Below the pieces are notes generated by a model. The model worked only from the letters and a program-made list of their open reading frames with translations, was not told the origin of the DNA and did not search any database. A program made the position numbers and the translations under genes. Shown here in pieces: positions 51,151 through 64,000 of a DNA stretch of 64,000 bases (position 1 is its first letter; every line of letters starts with the position of its first letter). Source of the stretch: Camelus dromedarius (lineage: Eukaryota); the NCBI RefSeq assembly GCF_036321535.1, contig NC_087436.1:22694001-22758000 (forward strand), written 5' to 3'.

Positions 51151-52099
51151 TTCTTTGCTGAGTCCTATTCATGACAACTGCAATATATATTCACGTTTAA
51201 TACCGAAGGCCAGGACCTATAAAAAGGGGCAGTTCACTCAAAGGTCTTTCCAACGGTTTCCCAGTTGGCATCCCTTGCACCCGATTCTGTAGCTGAGAGT
51301 TTTCTGAACTTCTTAATCCCTGTCTCATTCCCAAGTCTGGAAAATGTATGACGTACATTTACTCCACATGAAAGTGTCTCCTCTTTGTTCTCACTGCCCT
51401 CCCATCTCACTTGCACACCAAGTCTAGGATCCAAACCCTTCTGATCCCTCCCTGTTCCCAAATCAAAACTTCCTTAGAAAGATCTGAACCACTTTTGCCT
51501 GAGGTCTTCTTTAATCACCGATATTTTAAAGCGTTGTTACCCTCAAGGAAAGTACAATCTGAACAAGAATCAAAGTCTTAAGCTTAAGAATGAGCTCTGC
51601 TATTGGAGGATTTTGATAGAACTTTAGACAGTTGACGGTAGGGATGGCAGACATCAAGGTTTCCTCAGACCTCTGAAGGCACCCCTTACTTCACAGGGCT
51701 AGACGAACCCTGTCTCAATTGTGTTGCTTTGTCAATCAAACGTGGTAACAATTCAGTCAAGACACCATGATTTGCCTTTACTGTAACTTTTAGAGAGGAG
51801 GGACAGAACAGGTATCTGTCGCCAAACAGAAATCCACTTGATAGAATTCAGAATCAAAGAATGCAACTGAGCCACCAAATATTTAAATACCTACGTGAGC
51901 AAATTGAATGTCAACTTCCAGTGCCGCCACACTGACTCTGCCATCTTGTCCCTGATGTAATTCCTTCATCTATCGCTGGTTTAAGAGTGGCTAAGTTCTC
52001 TCAATAATCAGAATTTTGTGAACTGTAAATAAAAATTTGTTTACAAACATCTCAAAGGACATTACAAGTCAGGTAAAGTGAGAATCATTCTATAGGTTA

Positions 52100-52581
52100 T
52101 ATAACCCTCGTGGTCCCAACAGAAAACAGATGGCATGCTAAAACTGGGCCATTTAAAGAGAGTTTAACTAAAGCACTATTTACAAAGATGTCGGCTGGAC
52201 TGAGGGAAACCAGAAAGGATGATACCGAACCAGGGATTAGTAACTGTGAGGTGCCTCTACTACCCAGAGCCTGAGGAGCAAAGAGAGGGAACAGTTATCA
52301 GAACCCAGAGAGGGAGTCTGTGTGGAGAGGGCTCTCTGACAGTCCAAGGGTGCAGCCAGCCAGCTCATAGCAACCCCACAGGGAAGGAGCCAGTAGGTGA
52401 ACCAGTCAGCACCTGCCCTCACTCTCCTCGCTGCTCTCTGGCCTCTGCTCCATGTTCCCCACAGTCTAATCTCAGCCGGAAACCAGGAGACTAGAAACTG
52501 TACTGATACAATGTTAGTATCCAAAGATACAGAGCAGAGCGAAGAATGTGGAGAATGGATCGAAGAAGAGGTATCTGGCAT
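52100..52581 (-). mobile_element. ERVL LTR (LTR33-like)
   Basis: ggtcccaacagaaaacagatggcatgctaaaactggg..gagagtttaactaaagcactatttacaaag..ggagaatggatc..tatctggca. Confidence 0.8.
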
Positions 52582-55155
52582 AACATGTGATCTTAGACAC
52601 ATAACCAAGCCTCTCCAAGCCTACATTTTCCCATGTTTGGATCCCAACAGCCAGCCCAATGCTGATGCAGAGAAATGAAATTACTGCTGGAAGTCAGTAA
52701 GTCAGAGTCAGGACGTTCTTATTGATTGGAACTGAGTCTATAAGATAATCTATTTAAGACAGATGAGCTCCATAGCTCCTTTGAACTCTAACATTCCCTG
52801 ATAACTAATTTATTCATTGTCCTCAAATATTATCCAACAACTGTGGCCTGACCATAATGAAGAGGTCACCATTGCTAAAGATGAATTTCACATCCTCATC
52901 TTTAACTCTATGGTCTATTATCTCTTCCATATAAAAAATACAAAAGTGAATTATTGAAGTGTTGCTCAATGAGATGTCTAAAAGAGAAGAAAGACCAAAA
53001 TAGCTAGGTAGGGACATGAATGCACTACAATAAAGGAGGAAAATCACCTTGATTGCAAAATTAGGTCCAATGAGGATCTTGAGTTTGTAAAAGAATAACC
53101 TGTGATTTACCATAATAATGGAATATGAAGCATATTTCTCGAAGTATTCCTCCAAACTTCAGTGCTTTATTTCAGTAAATATTTGGAATTCTGCTCTTGG
53201 TATTCAAAGTAGTACTCATATTAGGAGCTTACAAGTGTCTATTGAAAATAACTGTCAAAAAAAAAAGAAAGAAAGAAACTGCCAATACATTTTATCAGAA
53301 ATAAGTGATTTTACATTTATATAATTTGAAAAAGTCTGCTACTTAATTTATTTTCCACCAATATCTAACTTGAAATTTTGCAACATCTCCTTTAATAGGG
53401 ATTTATTTTTCCAGCAGTAATTTCATTTCTCAGTAATTGTTACACACATAGGTACAAATTGAATTGCTTAGAGTTGTTAGTAAAAATTCAGCCAAGAGGA
53501 GCCCTGGATTGCCTTTCAGTTATTTATTTCAGAACTACTTGCTATTCCTAAAGCTCCTTCATTTGTAGAAAAACCACCACAACAAGATTTTTTGAGTCAT
53601 CCAACTCATCTTGCCGTCAGCTCTCCAACCCCTTAAATCTCAAGGGAGGGCTTGGTAATTTTATCCCTGAGGACTTATCCTTGGGACTTTCATTGCTAAG
53701 CTAACCCTGTACAACCTTGTCCTCTTTTCTTCATTGGGTCCAATCCATCTGCTGTCTTGAGTTGTTTTATACTTGTTGAGTATTTGGGTAAAAAAAAAAA
53801 TCCTCCCTGAAAACCCCTTCAGTCACATCTCTAATTACATCTACGTTCCTGCTCTCTTATAGCCCCTTCCTACTCCTTATTCCATTTCTTTCTTTATTCT
53901 TCATATAAACTTTCTCCCTGCAGGTCTTCAGTGAGGTACCTGTTAGCACAAAGGGTCACAGAATTAACTGGTAAAGCTGTCAGAATTTAACAAAGTTCTT
54001 CCAAAATTTGCTTCCACTGGGTGCCCTTCTCTCCCTCTTTTTTAGTTGGAAAATCATGTTCCAAGAAACCTAAACTGATTTTTCTGGCCCTTGCTGCTAT
54101 TTCAACTGCACAGGTGGGACTAGATTCTGGGAGTTCTGATTTGCAATTAGGCAATTTAACCTCAAAATTCTATCCCTTGTGATAAATAGCAAATAAGACC
54201 TGTAATTCAGTTAAATATTATAATTTGAAAAGAATAACATCTGACACACTTTCCTTGCAACACTTGGTTTATAAAGCCTTGGAAAGGTTGTTCTATTCTG
54301 AGAAGGTGTGTCAGCAGTACAGAGATGAGAGATGATAAATTGCCCTCCAAAATCATTAAAAATGCTGTTAAGAAAGTATGTTTGACATCTTAATAGGAAG
54401 ATGAGAAAATAAAATGTCAGTCTCCCTGCTTCCCTACCTAAGGCTCTATTAGACTCTCTCTAAATGATGGTGACTAACACCTGCTGTCAGGCATCGCCTT
54501 CACAAGCTATAAAAATAACTCCTCTAAATATTCTAAAGAAAGTTACAAGTGTGTGTCGGCCATCTGTCTCCTTTAATTGGGTTTTTCATTAGAATCCTAC
54601 CATTTCTTGAGCTATATTCCAGTTTTGTCTGTTTCCTTAAGCTGATCTCTGGGTAGGTGGGGAGGACCAGCCACCTACACACGTGTAGGGCACTGGTGAT
54701 ATTTGCAGCAAGACCCCTGCCAAGCCCAAAGTGAGTGCCTCTTCCGTGGGCACATGTGGAGTTCCTGTGTGCAGCCTCACACACGTTGTCTGTGCTTTCC
54801 CGGAGTTCCGTGGAAGACCAGGTGGGAGTCAGATTCAACAGGCACCTGCTGACCGAGCGTCAGGTCCTCTGCGTGGCGTTGCCATCACCCCATCATAAAT
54901 GGAAAGGGAGAGCCGAGCTGCAGGGCCCAAACCACATACCACAGTGGCGACGCATAGGAAGCCCCACGCGGCTGTGCAAATATGACTTCTACTTTCCGTT
55001 TCTACTGCTGGCTTGCTGCAAGTGCTTTCCAACCTCTCTTACCCTTAAAGCACAAAAGATCGAAAGATACTCTGGTTCAAAAGATCCCTGGAAAGTGAAA
55101 ATAGATGCAAGAGAAAGGGTGCAGCAATTAGAAACTTAAAAGTACCAGTGTTCAG

Positions 55156-55238
55156 TTTTAGTGGAGGCACTGGGGGTTGAACCTGGGACCTTGTGCATGC
55201 TAAGCATGCGCTCTACCACTGACCTATACCCCCACCCC
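55156..55238 (-). mobile_element. Short tRNA-Ala-derived SINE (Vic-1-type head, minimal tail)
   Basis: Minus: gggggtataggtcagtggtagagcgcatgcttagcatgcacaaggtcccaggttcaacccccagtgcctcca. Confidence 0.88.
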
Positions 55239-55259
55239 AACAAGTTTTTTTAAAAAGAT

Positions 55260-56320
55260 AAAATAAGTAAAACAGAAAGTATGTCAAGTGGTGATCAGTA
55301 CTGAGAGGAACAATAAAGCGACGCACAGGAAGAGGAGTGAGACGGACGGATACAGCTGGAGACGAGGCCAGGGCCTCCCCGAGAGGGAACCATCCAAGTG
55401 AGGACGTGAAGGAGGTGGGAACGAGCCAAGCCGGTATCTCAAAGAAAAGCATTCCAGACGGAGGAAAGAGCAGAAGCCACGGCCATGGTGGAAAGGCCAC
55501 CTGGTGGGAGCCAGCCGGTGGAAGTGCGTGTTCATCTTCTGTCAACAGCAAGGAGGTCACTGCAGCCAGAGCAGGACCAGGGAAGAGCAGAGTTCCTGGG
55601 CTGATGATCTGGCAGGGGTGCGGTGGTGGGAAGGGGATGGAGAACGGGTCATATAGAATCTTTTAGGTGATTGTAAAGGTCCTGGCTTTTACTCGGACTG
55701 ACTTGCAGAACCACTAGAGGATGTTAAGAAAAAAAAAAAAAAGTGATAAGATCTGAGTTCTGTTTAACAAGATGGCCCTGGCCCTGCAATCAACTATAAA
55801 GGACCAAGAGTACGAAAAGTTTTTTTTTAAGTGAAAGAAAAAAAGCCTCATTTGGGAGACAACTGAAGTAGATAAACAGGAGGTTGGCTTAGACCAAAGT
55901 AATAGCAGTGGAGGTGACACAAGGTAGTTGAATTCAGACATATTTTGAAAATAGAACAGATAGGATTTGCTGATAGAGTCAATGTGGTATGAGTGAAAGA
56001 GAGAAGTCAAAGATGACTAAGATTTTATGCCTGCACGACTGAAAGAACGGAATTCCCAGGGAATGAGATGGAGAAAACTTCAGGAAGAACAGATTTGGAA
56101 GAAGGTTAAGAGTCTGACTTTGGACATATTAGGTGTGAAATGCCTGTTAGACACTATGACGAAATGTCAAACATGCATCTCTATCTAAAGTCTAGAGTTT
56201 GGGAAAGAGGGTCTAAATGTGGGAGTCGTCCACGTGAGATGACATGAAATCCATCTATGAGGCCAGAAGAGACGATTAAGGGACTGAGCATAAATAGAAA
56301 CAGGGAGGGGACACATGTCT
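55260..56320 (-). mobile_element. L2 LINE fragment (about 1 kb)
   Basis: aagcattccagacggagg..ttgtaaaggtcctggcttttactc..gagaagtcaaagatgactaagatttt..tttggacatattaggtgtgaaatgcctgttagaca. Confidence 0.85.
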
Positions 56321-57749
56321 ATGCCCCTGGTTCTCTGGCAGAACACAGCGCAACTTTAAACCACAGCCACACCTTCGCAATACAACTGCACCACACCTAC
56401 CTAGCGGCCTGGAGTATTTGGGACATTCCTGAATTAAGGAAAGGAGAAGAGCAACCCCAGAGCTGCTAAAAAGGAGTCTTAAAATGTGTTCATTGCAACT
56501 CACAGGAGAGACCGCTGGGTCATCACTCAGACTTACTTTTACTTTAAACTCAGTTATCAAACTTGGTGATCTCATTTCCAGCATATGGCTGATGAGAAGT
56601 TAGCGGGAGCCTAGGAGAGGCACGTACAATGACAGCAGCTAGAAGTGATGGAGAAAAATGAGTCAGATGTAGGTTAAACAGTGGTGGAGACCAAAGTCTG
56701 GGCTTCCTGGTGCTTAGCCTGTTTCCCGTCCCAACAGATGACTCTCCCACCTGACTGGGGTGGTGAGTATGTGTAGTCCCATCTGCGCTCTGGGTCTGTT
56801 ACTGCTTCTTCATATTACTGTTTTGTTCAACATGTGTTTAGAAAAAGGACTGAGTACTAAGTGGGGAAATGTGCTAGGTGCAATGCTCAGCCTCTCCTGG
56901 AGGATCCAAGCAGTTCTTCTCTGCCCCCAGGCTTGCGTACTCTGCTCAGGACTGCCGAAGCTCTGCAGTAAACCCACCTCCCCCCAAGAGGTGCTTCAGG
57001 GACTACTGATCGTTACTAAAGCATGATCATTAAATAAGATGATAATAAAATTTAGCTTCCAGCCTGAGACACTTGGGAGAGTGAAAGGGGGTGCTATTCC
57101 ATCAGGCATCAACTGAGACTGTCTCATGCAAGGAACGGTCTATGGTCTCACCCATCAACACCCACACTTCTCCACTCCACTCCCGTTCCAGGCAGCTTAT
57201 GAAAGAAAGTCTCCCAACCACACAGAATACGCTCTGAGATGACTTCCAAGAGGATGACTGATGGTGAATTTGGGTAATGCAGATCAACAATCTGAACAAC
57301 TCCATTCCATTCCTCCCTTTCCAACTCACAGAACAGAGTGGTTTAAAATTTTGTTTTAGCGGGGTTGTTGCCTCATGTTCAAACCTGGGGTAAATTAGAA
57401 CCATTCAAAATTACTGAAGAGCATGGACTCTGACTTCAGACAAACAAAACAGCCAAAATCTAGCAAAAAGAAGATGGATTCCAATGTCTTCCCCATCAAC
57501 TTCCATGGAGTCCTCAGAGCTTCCAGTCTGCTAAGCCCATTCAGTTCACTTGGGTTCCACTGTTTTGGTTTAGCTTGCTTGAGAAGGCTGTAGGAAATGT
57601 CTAGTCTGTAACTGTTAACAGATGCCTTTTTAAAGGAAAAAGAAACACAATTTTCTCTATCTTAGAATATTTCTAGAAATATTTTAGCACTGCTTTTAGA
57701 TTTGAGATTCCATGAAATTTACTGACTCGTCTGTTTTTGAATCTCTGGC

Positions 57750-58000
57750 TGTCCCTCAGTGAGCATCCGCTGTATCCCAGGGGCCAGGGACATCAGTTTG
57801 TAGAAGGTACTCAGGATTGGTTACATGCATGCTTAAACATGTCAACTCAGTCCTCACAAAACCAGCAAGGAGTTAACCCCGCCTTGACTGATGAACTCAC
57901 CCATGCTCAGAGAGGTTCTGGAACTTGGCCAAAGTCACACAGCTAGGAGGTGGCAGCACCAGGATTTTATTTCATAACTGCCTGGCCTCTAAGCCTATTC
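57750..58000 (-). mobile_element. MIR SINE
   Basis: cagtcctcacaaaacc..gctcagagaggtt..aacttggccaaagtcacacagctagga. Confidence 0.8.
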
Positions 58001-58439
58001 CTCTGTCCCTGGGCTACATGGAGGAGAAATATGATGAAAGAAAGATGAGGGAAGATTCATGAAAGATAGGAAGGGAGTTCACACTCCCTAAGACGTCTGA
58101 GCCCACATGAGACCAGGATTCTTCCTCTCTCCTACTTCCCTAAGTAATCATTTCAGCACACGGCCAGATGAAGAAAACGCCCATGAAAGCTCTGCAAGTG
58201 ACCTCACCCCACTGAAAATACAGGAAGTCCTCCCGAAGCCCCTTAAAATGACCTCCATACTCACGGAGGAATCTTTTCGCTGGCTCTGCAGGCGGCCGGC
58301 TCTGCGGAAACACAGCCCACGGTCACGAATACTTCTTTAACAGCTGGTAGTTTGTTCCCTAATTGCGGCTTATCTGTCCCCACTGTGGGTTTTATACTTA
58401 GTGTAAGGTCTCATTAGCAGCCGGCATTTGCCAATCCTG

Positions 58440-58622
58440 CCCAGCCTGGGCTGGGCATCAGAACCACCTGGGAACACTTGTTAAAATATTGCTGCCAACG
58501 TTTCACTCCCAGAAAGGCTGGTTCTGGAGGTATAGGGTTGGGTCAAGGAATCGCTATTTTTAACAGGCTCCCAAAATGATTCTGATGCAGTCAGTCCAAA
58601 CCCTTGGCTTTGGGGAATCCAC
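58440..58622. mobile_element. hAT-Charlie MITE (MER5A-like)
   Basis: gcatcagaaccacctggga..cttgttaaaat..tttttaacaggctccc..tgattctgatgcag. Confidence 0.8.
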
Positions 58623-59254
58623 AAACACCACGAAGAAGAAGGTTTGTATGAAAAAGAAAAATCACAAGTGAGGCTCCTGCCTATTCTGCCAAGGTGCAGT
58701 TTTCTCCACGGGTCTTCCTTTCGGTGCTGAAACAAGGCAGCCAAACTCAACTAAAACTTTCTGCGGTGCTCCTGAAGGCCAGTGGGATTCAAGTCAAGCT
58801 GGGGATCTATCAATAAATTAGAGTGTGTCTCATCACAAATGTAATCGAGAACTCATCACATTGTGGCCTGTTTATAAAGTCTTCATGCATTTTCCAACTT
58901 TAACAACTTGCATTGTAGACAGCCCTCTCACAACCCAGTGTTGGACAGAGTTTACATTTTTTTCTGTGATAAGCCCTCATCTACTTACCTATCTATCTAT
59001 CTACCTAGATAGATATATTTAAAGAGTATCTTTTGCAGAGTAAGGGAAAAGATCACATAAAGACTTTAAAAGTTTAAAATTTACTTTTAAATCTGTAATT
59101 TGTACATCAGCTCTTGAAGAAGTTCAAGGATGATCAAGGCCATGAAATGAATACATAAACAGAAGTATTTCTAGTATAGAGAACAGTCTCTTGATTATGA
59201 TCAAAATACAACTCTGTTTTTGTCTGTCACTGTTTGGTTGCCCACTGTTTGAAA

Positions 59255-59397
59255 TCCCATGGGGAACTGTAAGGATTCTGATACCCGGGCCCCACCCTGA
59301 AATATCCGACTCTATTTGGTCTGGGGCATAGCCTGGGCCTTGGGACTTTTGAAAGCTCCCCTGGCGACACTCCTGCAAGGCCCAGATTGAGAGCCAG
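59255..59397. mobile_element. hAT-Charlie MITE (MER5A1-like)
   Basis: ctgatacccgggccccaccc..ttggtctgggg..gcctgggc..ttttgaaagctcccc. Confidence 0.75.
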
Positions 59398-59829
59398 GCC
59401 TCACCCATGCTGCAGTGTGAGGGCTCTGCGTCTGAATGAAGGTTTGGGTGAGTCCCTGACTTCCGGGAACTCACAGGTAGTAGCCACTTTTGCTCACTTT
59501 TGTGTAAAACAGTCTCAATTCAGTAATTTGACTTTCCAATCTCATAGCTATAAAGCATCTGAATGTCTCTATTTATCTTAGCATTTAATCTTCTCCCTTC
59601 TTGCAGCTCATGTGGCTGGAGGGGGTAGGGCAGTGGCCCGTGGGCCCAGCCCTCCTGCTCTCTTATTCTCTCTGCCCACCTGCTCTCTGGCTTTATTCTG
59701 CTGGCACAAAGGCAGGGGTGGGAGATACGTGGAAGGCCAGGATGTGGAGTGAAAACATCACAAATGTCTCTCATTATCATAATGGCTAATTAATTTATAA
59801 TTTATATTACAGGCTGTTACGCAGAATAA

Positions 59830-60130
59830 GGTAGACCTACCTGAACTCTTAGGGAAACAGTGATAAGCCTTATAGTTACGTGGAAAAAATAACCAGTTTC
59901 AGAATAATATGTATGGTAAGAACCCAATTTTGAGTTTTGGAGAAAAAAGATAGATGTATAATGTATGTAAATACCCGCAAAATTATCAAACTATTATCAG
60001 TGGTGGTCTTGGAGGGAGAGAGGGAGTAGAATGAGGAAGCAAAAGGAAACTTAAAGGATTACTGAGCTTTCTATGTTATGATTTAACCTTTACAATAATA
60101 ATGAATTTGTACATTTCCTATGTGACTTTT
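59830..60130 (+). mobile_element. Ancient L1 3' UTR fragment (L1ME-type)
   Basis: aaccagtttcagaataatatgtatggtaagaacccaatttt..caaactattatcagtggtggtc. Confidence 0.55.
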
Positions 60131-60989
60131 TTAAAAGGGGGGGAAAAAGAAATACAGAAATACAATTGGCCTGAAAATCTCAGGTAATGCTTCCCACTTT
60201 TAACAAAAATGTCCTTACTCTCCCAGTCTGGTTGCTATTCCAGCCTCTCTAAATTTCTGACTTTCACTGCTCATCAAGTCCTAATGAACCTCTCGGCTTC
60301 TAGGAGCTTTGCAGAGGAGTGGGCTGGTGCCTCTTGGGGCAAATTCACTCTCCAACCTGCACAGGCACCTGCCTGGATGCCAAGTCCTTAGCAGCAGCAA
60401 TGTAAATGCCCCATGGGGACCCATCCAGGCAGCTGGAACTCTGTGGAGCTCAGTGACTAATAGCAAATCGAATGCTTAACAGATTTCGTTCGGTATGGAG
60501 GGAACTGCGCCCCCACCACAGCGGTCACCGGACCCCACGTGAAGGGCCACAGATTTCTCTCCCTAAATGGGTCAGACAGGCTTGTCCCACCTTGGTACAA
60601 ACGAACAGTGCCCTCTTCTGTCCAGCCGCTGAACTTCTTTACAAAGCAACAACCTCGAAGTAACCGGAACTTTCATTCGGTCAGGATGTGTCTTGCAAAA
60701 TGGGCCAAAAAGATTGAAAAACAACAGTGATGAGCCAGGGCGCCATTTGTAGGAAAGCTGTCACTCTGACTCTGCCCTAAATTCATGTCCCAATTTTATA
60801 AGTATCCTATTTTAACTGCAGAAATGATGATGAAAAGATTTAAATAATAGGTTAAGTCCCAGCTATTAAACTGACGCACAAAAAAAATTAAAGTGCTTAA
60901 ATTTTACACTGCTATGATGAAGAGGAAATATTATTCTTGGCATGACTTGGAATAACAGTTCACGTTTTCTGAGAAACGATCTAGCAACA

Positions 60990-61390
60990 AGTTACAATTT
61001 TTAAAAAAAATCTCTTATTATACATTAGTCCGGTAATCGTTAACATTTAGGAATATTTTTTCGAAGAAAAGAGCCTCAAAGAAAATAGAGCGATTTATAT
61101 AAAAATGCTTATAGGAGTGTCATATGTCATTATTATGTAGTGTAAAACTGGAAAAACATACACGTGGCAAGCAGTAAAGAAATGGTTCTATGATGCAGCA
61201 TACTACAAAGCTTTACTATAAAGCCATTAAAAATTGTACTTTCAGAGACATAATGTATGTGCTATGTGTATGACACCATCAGAAAACACAGAATACAAAA
61301 TGGTGTTCATACTCTGACTGCAATGCAAGTGTGTACAATGGCAAAAGATTTTAGAGTAAATAGTGAGTTTAGTATTCTCTCTTATCTATG
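60990..61390 (+). mobile_element. Ancient L1 3' fragment (L1ME-type)
   Basis: catttaggaatattt..aaaactggaaaaac..aaagccattaaaaa..cagaatacaaaat. Confidence 0.5.
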
Positions 61391-62004
61391 AAAATGAAGT
61401 ATGGAGCAAAAAAGAAAGGTAGGGGAGAGGGGGGAGGCAAGGCAGGAAAAACCACGAGCTATTATTTCATGCTTTGTTCCCAACTCCCTCATCTCAAAGC
61501 ATCCTTTTCTGTTTTGGAAGCCAAGGAAATCTGGTTTATTACATTAAGAGTTTGTTAATAGAGATTTTCACTTATGAATATATAAGAAAGCAAAATAGCC
61601 TTAGAATCCCATACCAAATCTCCTTTTTTGTCTCTTAAACCTAGAGCTTCACATTTCTGGCTCATATAGACACAAGTTTAAGAAAATTCTGAATCCATTT
61701 GTCAGTACTCATAATCTCTAATCTAAGGCTAAGAATTAAGTTTATGCAGAAGTTTCAGTAATATGAAAATCAATCCAAAAATGACAGAAGGTTTCGTGAA
61801 ACCCCTGAAAAGGCTGAAATATGACAGTTTGCTGGAGGCATCCCATATTGAGAGTTCAAGCAAAGCCGGTGAGCTTTTACAGTTCTTACTATTAAGCCCA
61901 CAATGTGTTCTCAGTCTGGCCTGCAGGGATTTAAAGTGCGGGCTTGAAATGTCTAACAAGACACAAGCCTTTGCAAGGGCTCAACTCTCTTTTCTATAAG
62001 AACT

Positions 62005-62180
62005 GGGCCATGATTAAAATCGTATCCTGTGTACAAATCACATGAGGAGTTGTTAAAATCTCGTAGTCCTCCTTTGCCAGAGGTTCCATCCAGGTCTGGG
62101 GCAAGACAAGGAAATCTGTTTCACAAAAGCCACAGGGGTTCTGATGCAGTGGGCCCATGCCACATTTGGATAAACACTAG
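62005..62180. mobile_element. hAT-Charlie MITE (MER5-like)
   Basis: aatcacatgaggagttgttaaaat..aggtctgggg..ttctgatgcagtggg..ccacatttggataaacact. Confidence 0.7.
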
Positions 62181-62319
62181 GGTAGCAGACGGTAGGGTTC
62201 CTTCGCTTAACCTCCTTGAAAACGTATGTCTCCTTGGAGCTGGGATTCCTGACACTATGTCAGAGAACACAAATTCAGCATTCTTAACATTCCCAATTAC
62301 CCAAACCCTAGTGAAGTTT

Positions 62320-62882
62320 CCACCGTCTCTCACCTGGACTTGGGTACTGGCCTCCCCATGGGTCTCCTGCTCCTACACAGCAATCAGAGTGACCCTCCTG
62401 GAGCCCAAGTCAGGTCACGTTACTCCTCTGCTCAGTGCCCTCCCAGTTCCTGACGATGACCTACAAAGCCCTACGTGACCCTGCCCCTAGCTCTTTCCCT
62501 AACCTCACCTCCTCTCCAGGCTCCCTCTCCACTCCGGCCACAGTGACCTCCTTGCTCTGGGTCTCAGGTACCGAGGGGGCCCATCCACAGGGCCTTTGTG
62601 CTTTCCAATCCCTTTGTCTACAACGTTCTTCCAACAAATCCCCTCTTGCCTTCACTTTCATTTCACTGTCACCTCAAAGAGAGACTTGCCTTCATTCTCC
62701 TAGACCCTGTCATTCTCAGTCCTCTATTTCTCCTTTGGACACTCACCACATGACACGGGGTATATCTGTGTCTTTGTGAGAGCAATGGCTTCATCTGTTG
62801 TCCACATTACTGAGTCCCAGCAGCCAGAGCAGCGTGTGGCAAACAAATGGTGCACAATAAATACGAGATGAATGAGTAAATG
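62320..62882 (+). mobile_element. L2 LINE 3' fragment
   Basis: tctcacctggact..cagcaatcagagtgacc..cctacaaagccctacgtgacc..acagggcctttgtgc..caataaatacgagatgaatgagtaaatg. Confidence 0.85.
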
Positions 62883-64000
62883 CAGGGATTTCACATATGG
62901 GGTCCATGGGAAATAAGATATTTAGAATCCATGGGAGTCTATTTGGAGAGCTCAGTTTTATATCACAAAGGGGAAAGTCCACTGCCTGGTCTGTTACATT
63001 CCTGGATGCCCAATGGGATAATCATTAAAAAGAAAAGAAAGGGGTGCTCATTCTTGGCTGGCTGCATGACCTGTCTCCTGCTCTGAATCTCTACATTGTG
63101 CTGGAGACCCAGTGGTTAACAGTGACAAGAAGAAAAGTTGTCCGATTTCTTCACTCTGCAGGTTTAAGGCAAGTGACTGCAGAAAGAATTCCGAATGTGA
63201 TTTTTTTGAATGTTCAACACATTCCTTGGTGCTGCTGGTGTCTTCTACAGTTTCCTTAATGGCTAATTAAACCAGGTGTAGGCAGAGGCACCGAGATGCC
63301 AGGGAAGGCGAGACCCCAGGGCTCCTCATTGCTCAGGCCCTGGAGGGAGCTGGGAAATCCCTGGAGCTGTGGAAGGTTCCAGGTGGGGAGGGGAAGCCCG
63401 GCTGCACCCAGGAAGCATTTCTACATAAGCAGCTCTGGTAAACTGCCTAGAAAGTTCTCAGAAGACAGGTACCTCAGACTCCAAGTTTCCCATAATTTAT
63501 CAGAATTTTCTTTTCTGGTTTTAAGTATTCACCTCTGTTCCCAGTTCTGTATCTATAATTCCTTATTTTTTTTTTTAATTCTTCTTCCTAAAAGGGGCCA
63601 GGGTTGTACACAGTCTTTTTGTGTATTTTGGTCTTGACTTCTCACTGAAGTTGGAAACTTCTTTGGAACTGAGGTTGTGTTTTATACTTTCTCTGTTTCC
63701 CATGTGCCTGAGATAGATCTGAGCTCACAGGGGAAGCCTAGCTAGTGCCCTGCCCCTCAGCGCCCTGTGTGGGTTGGAAAGGTTTTGGGGAACTTACCTG
63801 TCCCTTCCTGATGCTTCGCTCAAGAAGCTGGAGTGTCATTCCCAAATTACTGTTTCAAAACCCAAAGAAGTTTCTTTAACAGTCCACAGTGACAGTAGAA
63901 TATTTATTGAGTAAGATAAGACATTTTAATTTCAATTAAAAATTTAAAAGTTCTGGCTCTCTGGTTCCATATGCCTTCATTTTGAGTAAACACATATCTA

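Noticed and set aside
55161..55233. tRNA-Ala(AGC) gene
   Set aside because: Acceptor stem and anticodon look right, but the D stem and anticodon stem have mismatches and three related copies carry SINE tails; it is a SINE head or pseudo-tRNA.
57666..57683. Perfect 18-bp palindrome aatatttctagaaatatt
   Set aside because: One such palindrome is plausible by chance in 64 kb of AT-rich DNA; spacing does not give a full heat-shock element.
62029..62478. Longest ORF (149 aa)
   Set aside because: Non-ATG start and runs through MER5 and L2 remnants; chance ORF.
59780..63270. Same 14-mer taatggctaattaa at 59780 and 63257
   Set aside because: Several shared 14-mers are expected by chance in a window this size; flanks are unrelated.
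1..64000. CRISPR array, operon or other prokaryote-type system
   Set aside because: Clearly mammalian repeat-rich DNA; no regularly spaced repeats or gene-dense ORFs.

Overview
Mammalian nuclear DNA with no recognisable intact protein-coding gene, rRNA or functional tRNA; it reads as gene-free intergenic or deep intronic sequence and much of it is interspersed repeat. It is most likely camelid (inference): there are four tRNA-Ala-derived SINEs of the Vic-1 type and cetartiodactyl-type L1 3' UTRs, and I saw no BovB/Bov-tA, PRE-1 or Alu. Repeats include five younger L1 3' fragments (the longest, about 1.8 kb, has broken ORF2), old L1M/L2/MIR fragments, MaLR/ERVL/ERV1 LTRs and DNA-transposon relics (Tigger/MER47, MER2B, MER5, MER53, MER94, MADE2). 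The only gene-derived sequence is a 5'-truncated retrocopy fragment of the DCUN1D5 C-terminus (about 34750-34905). The best leads are that fragment sitting in an open frame between a splice acceptor and an AATAAA, a MER41-like LTR that keeps a perfect STAT/GAS palindrome, a MER53 hairpin with a miR-1302-like 21-mer, and a few small retrotransposition or template-switch scars. I found no convincing novel biological system. Repeat subfamily names and homologies come from recalled consensus sequences and need Dfam/RepeatMasker/BLAST confirmation; old-repeat boundaries are approximate.
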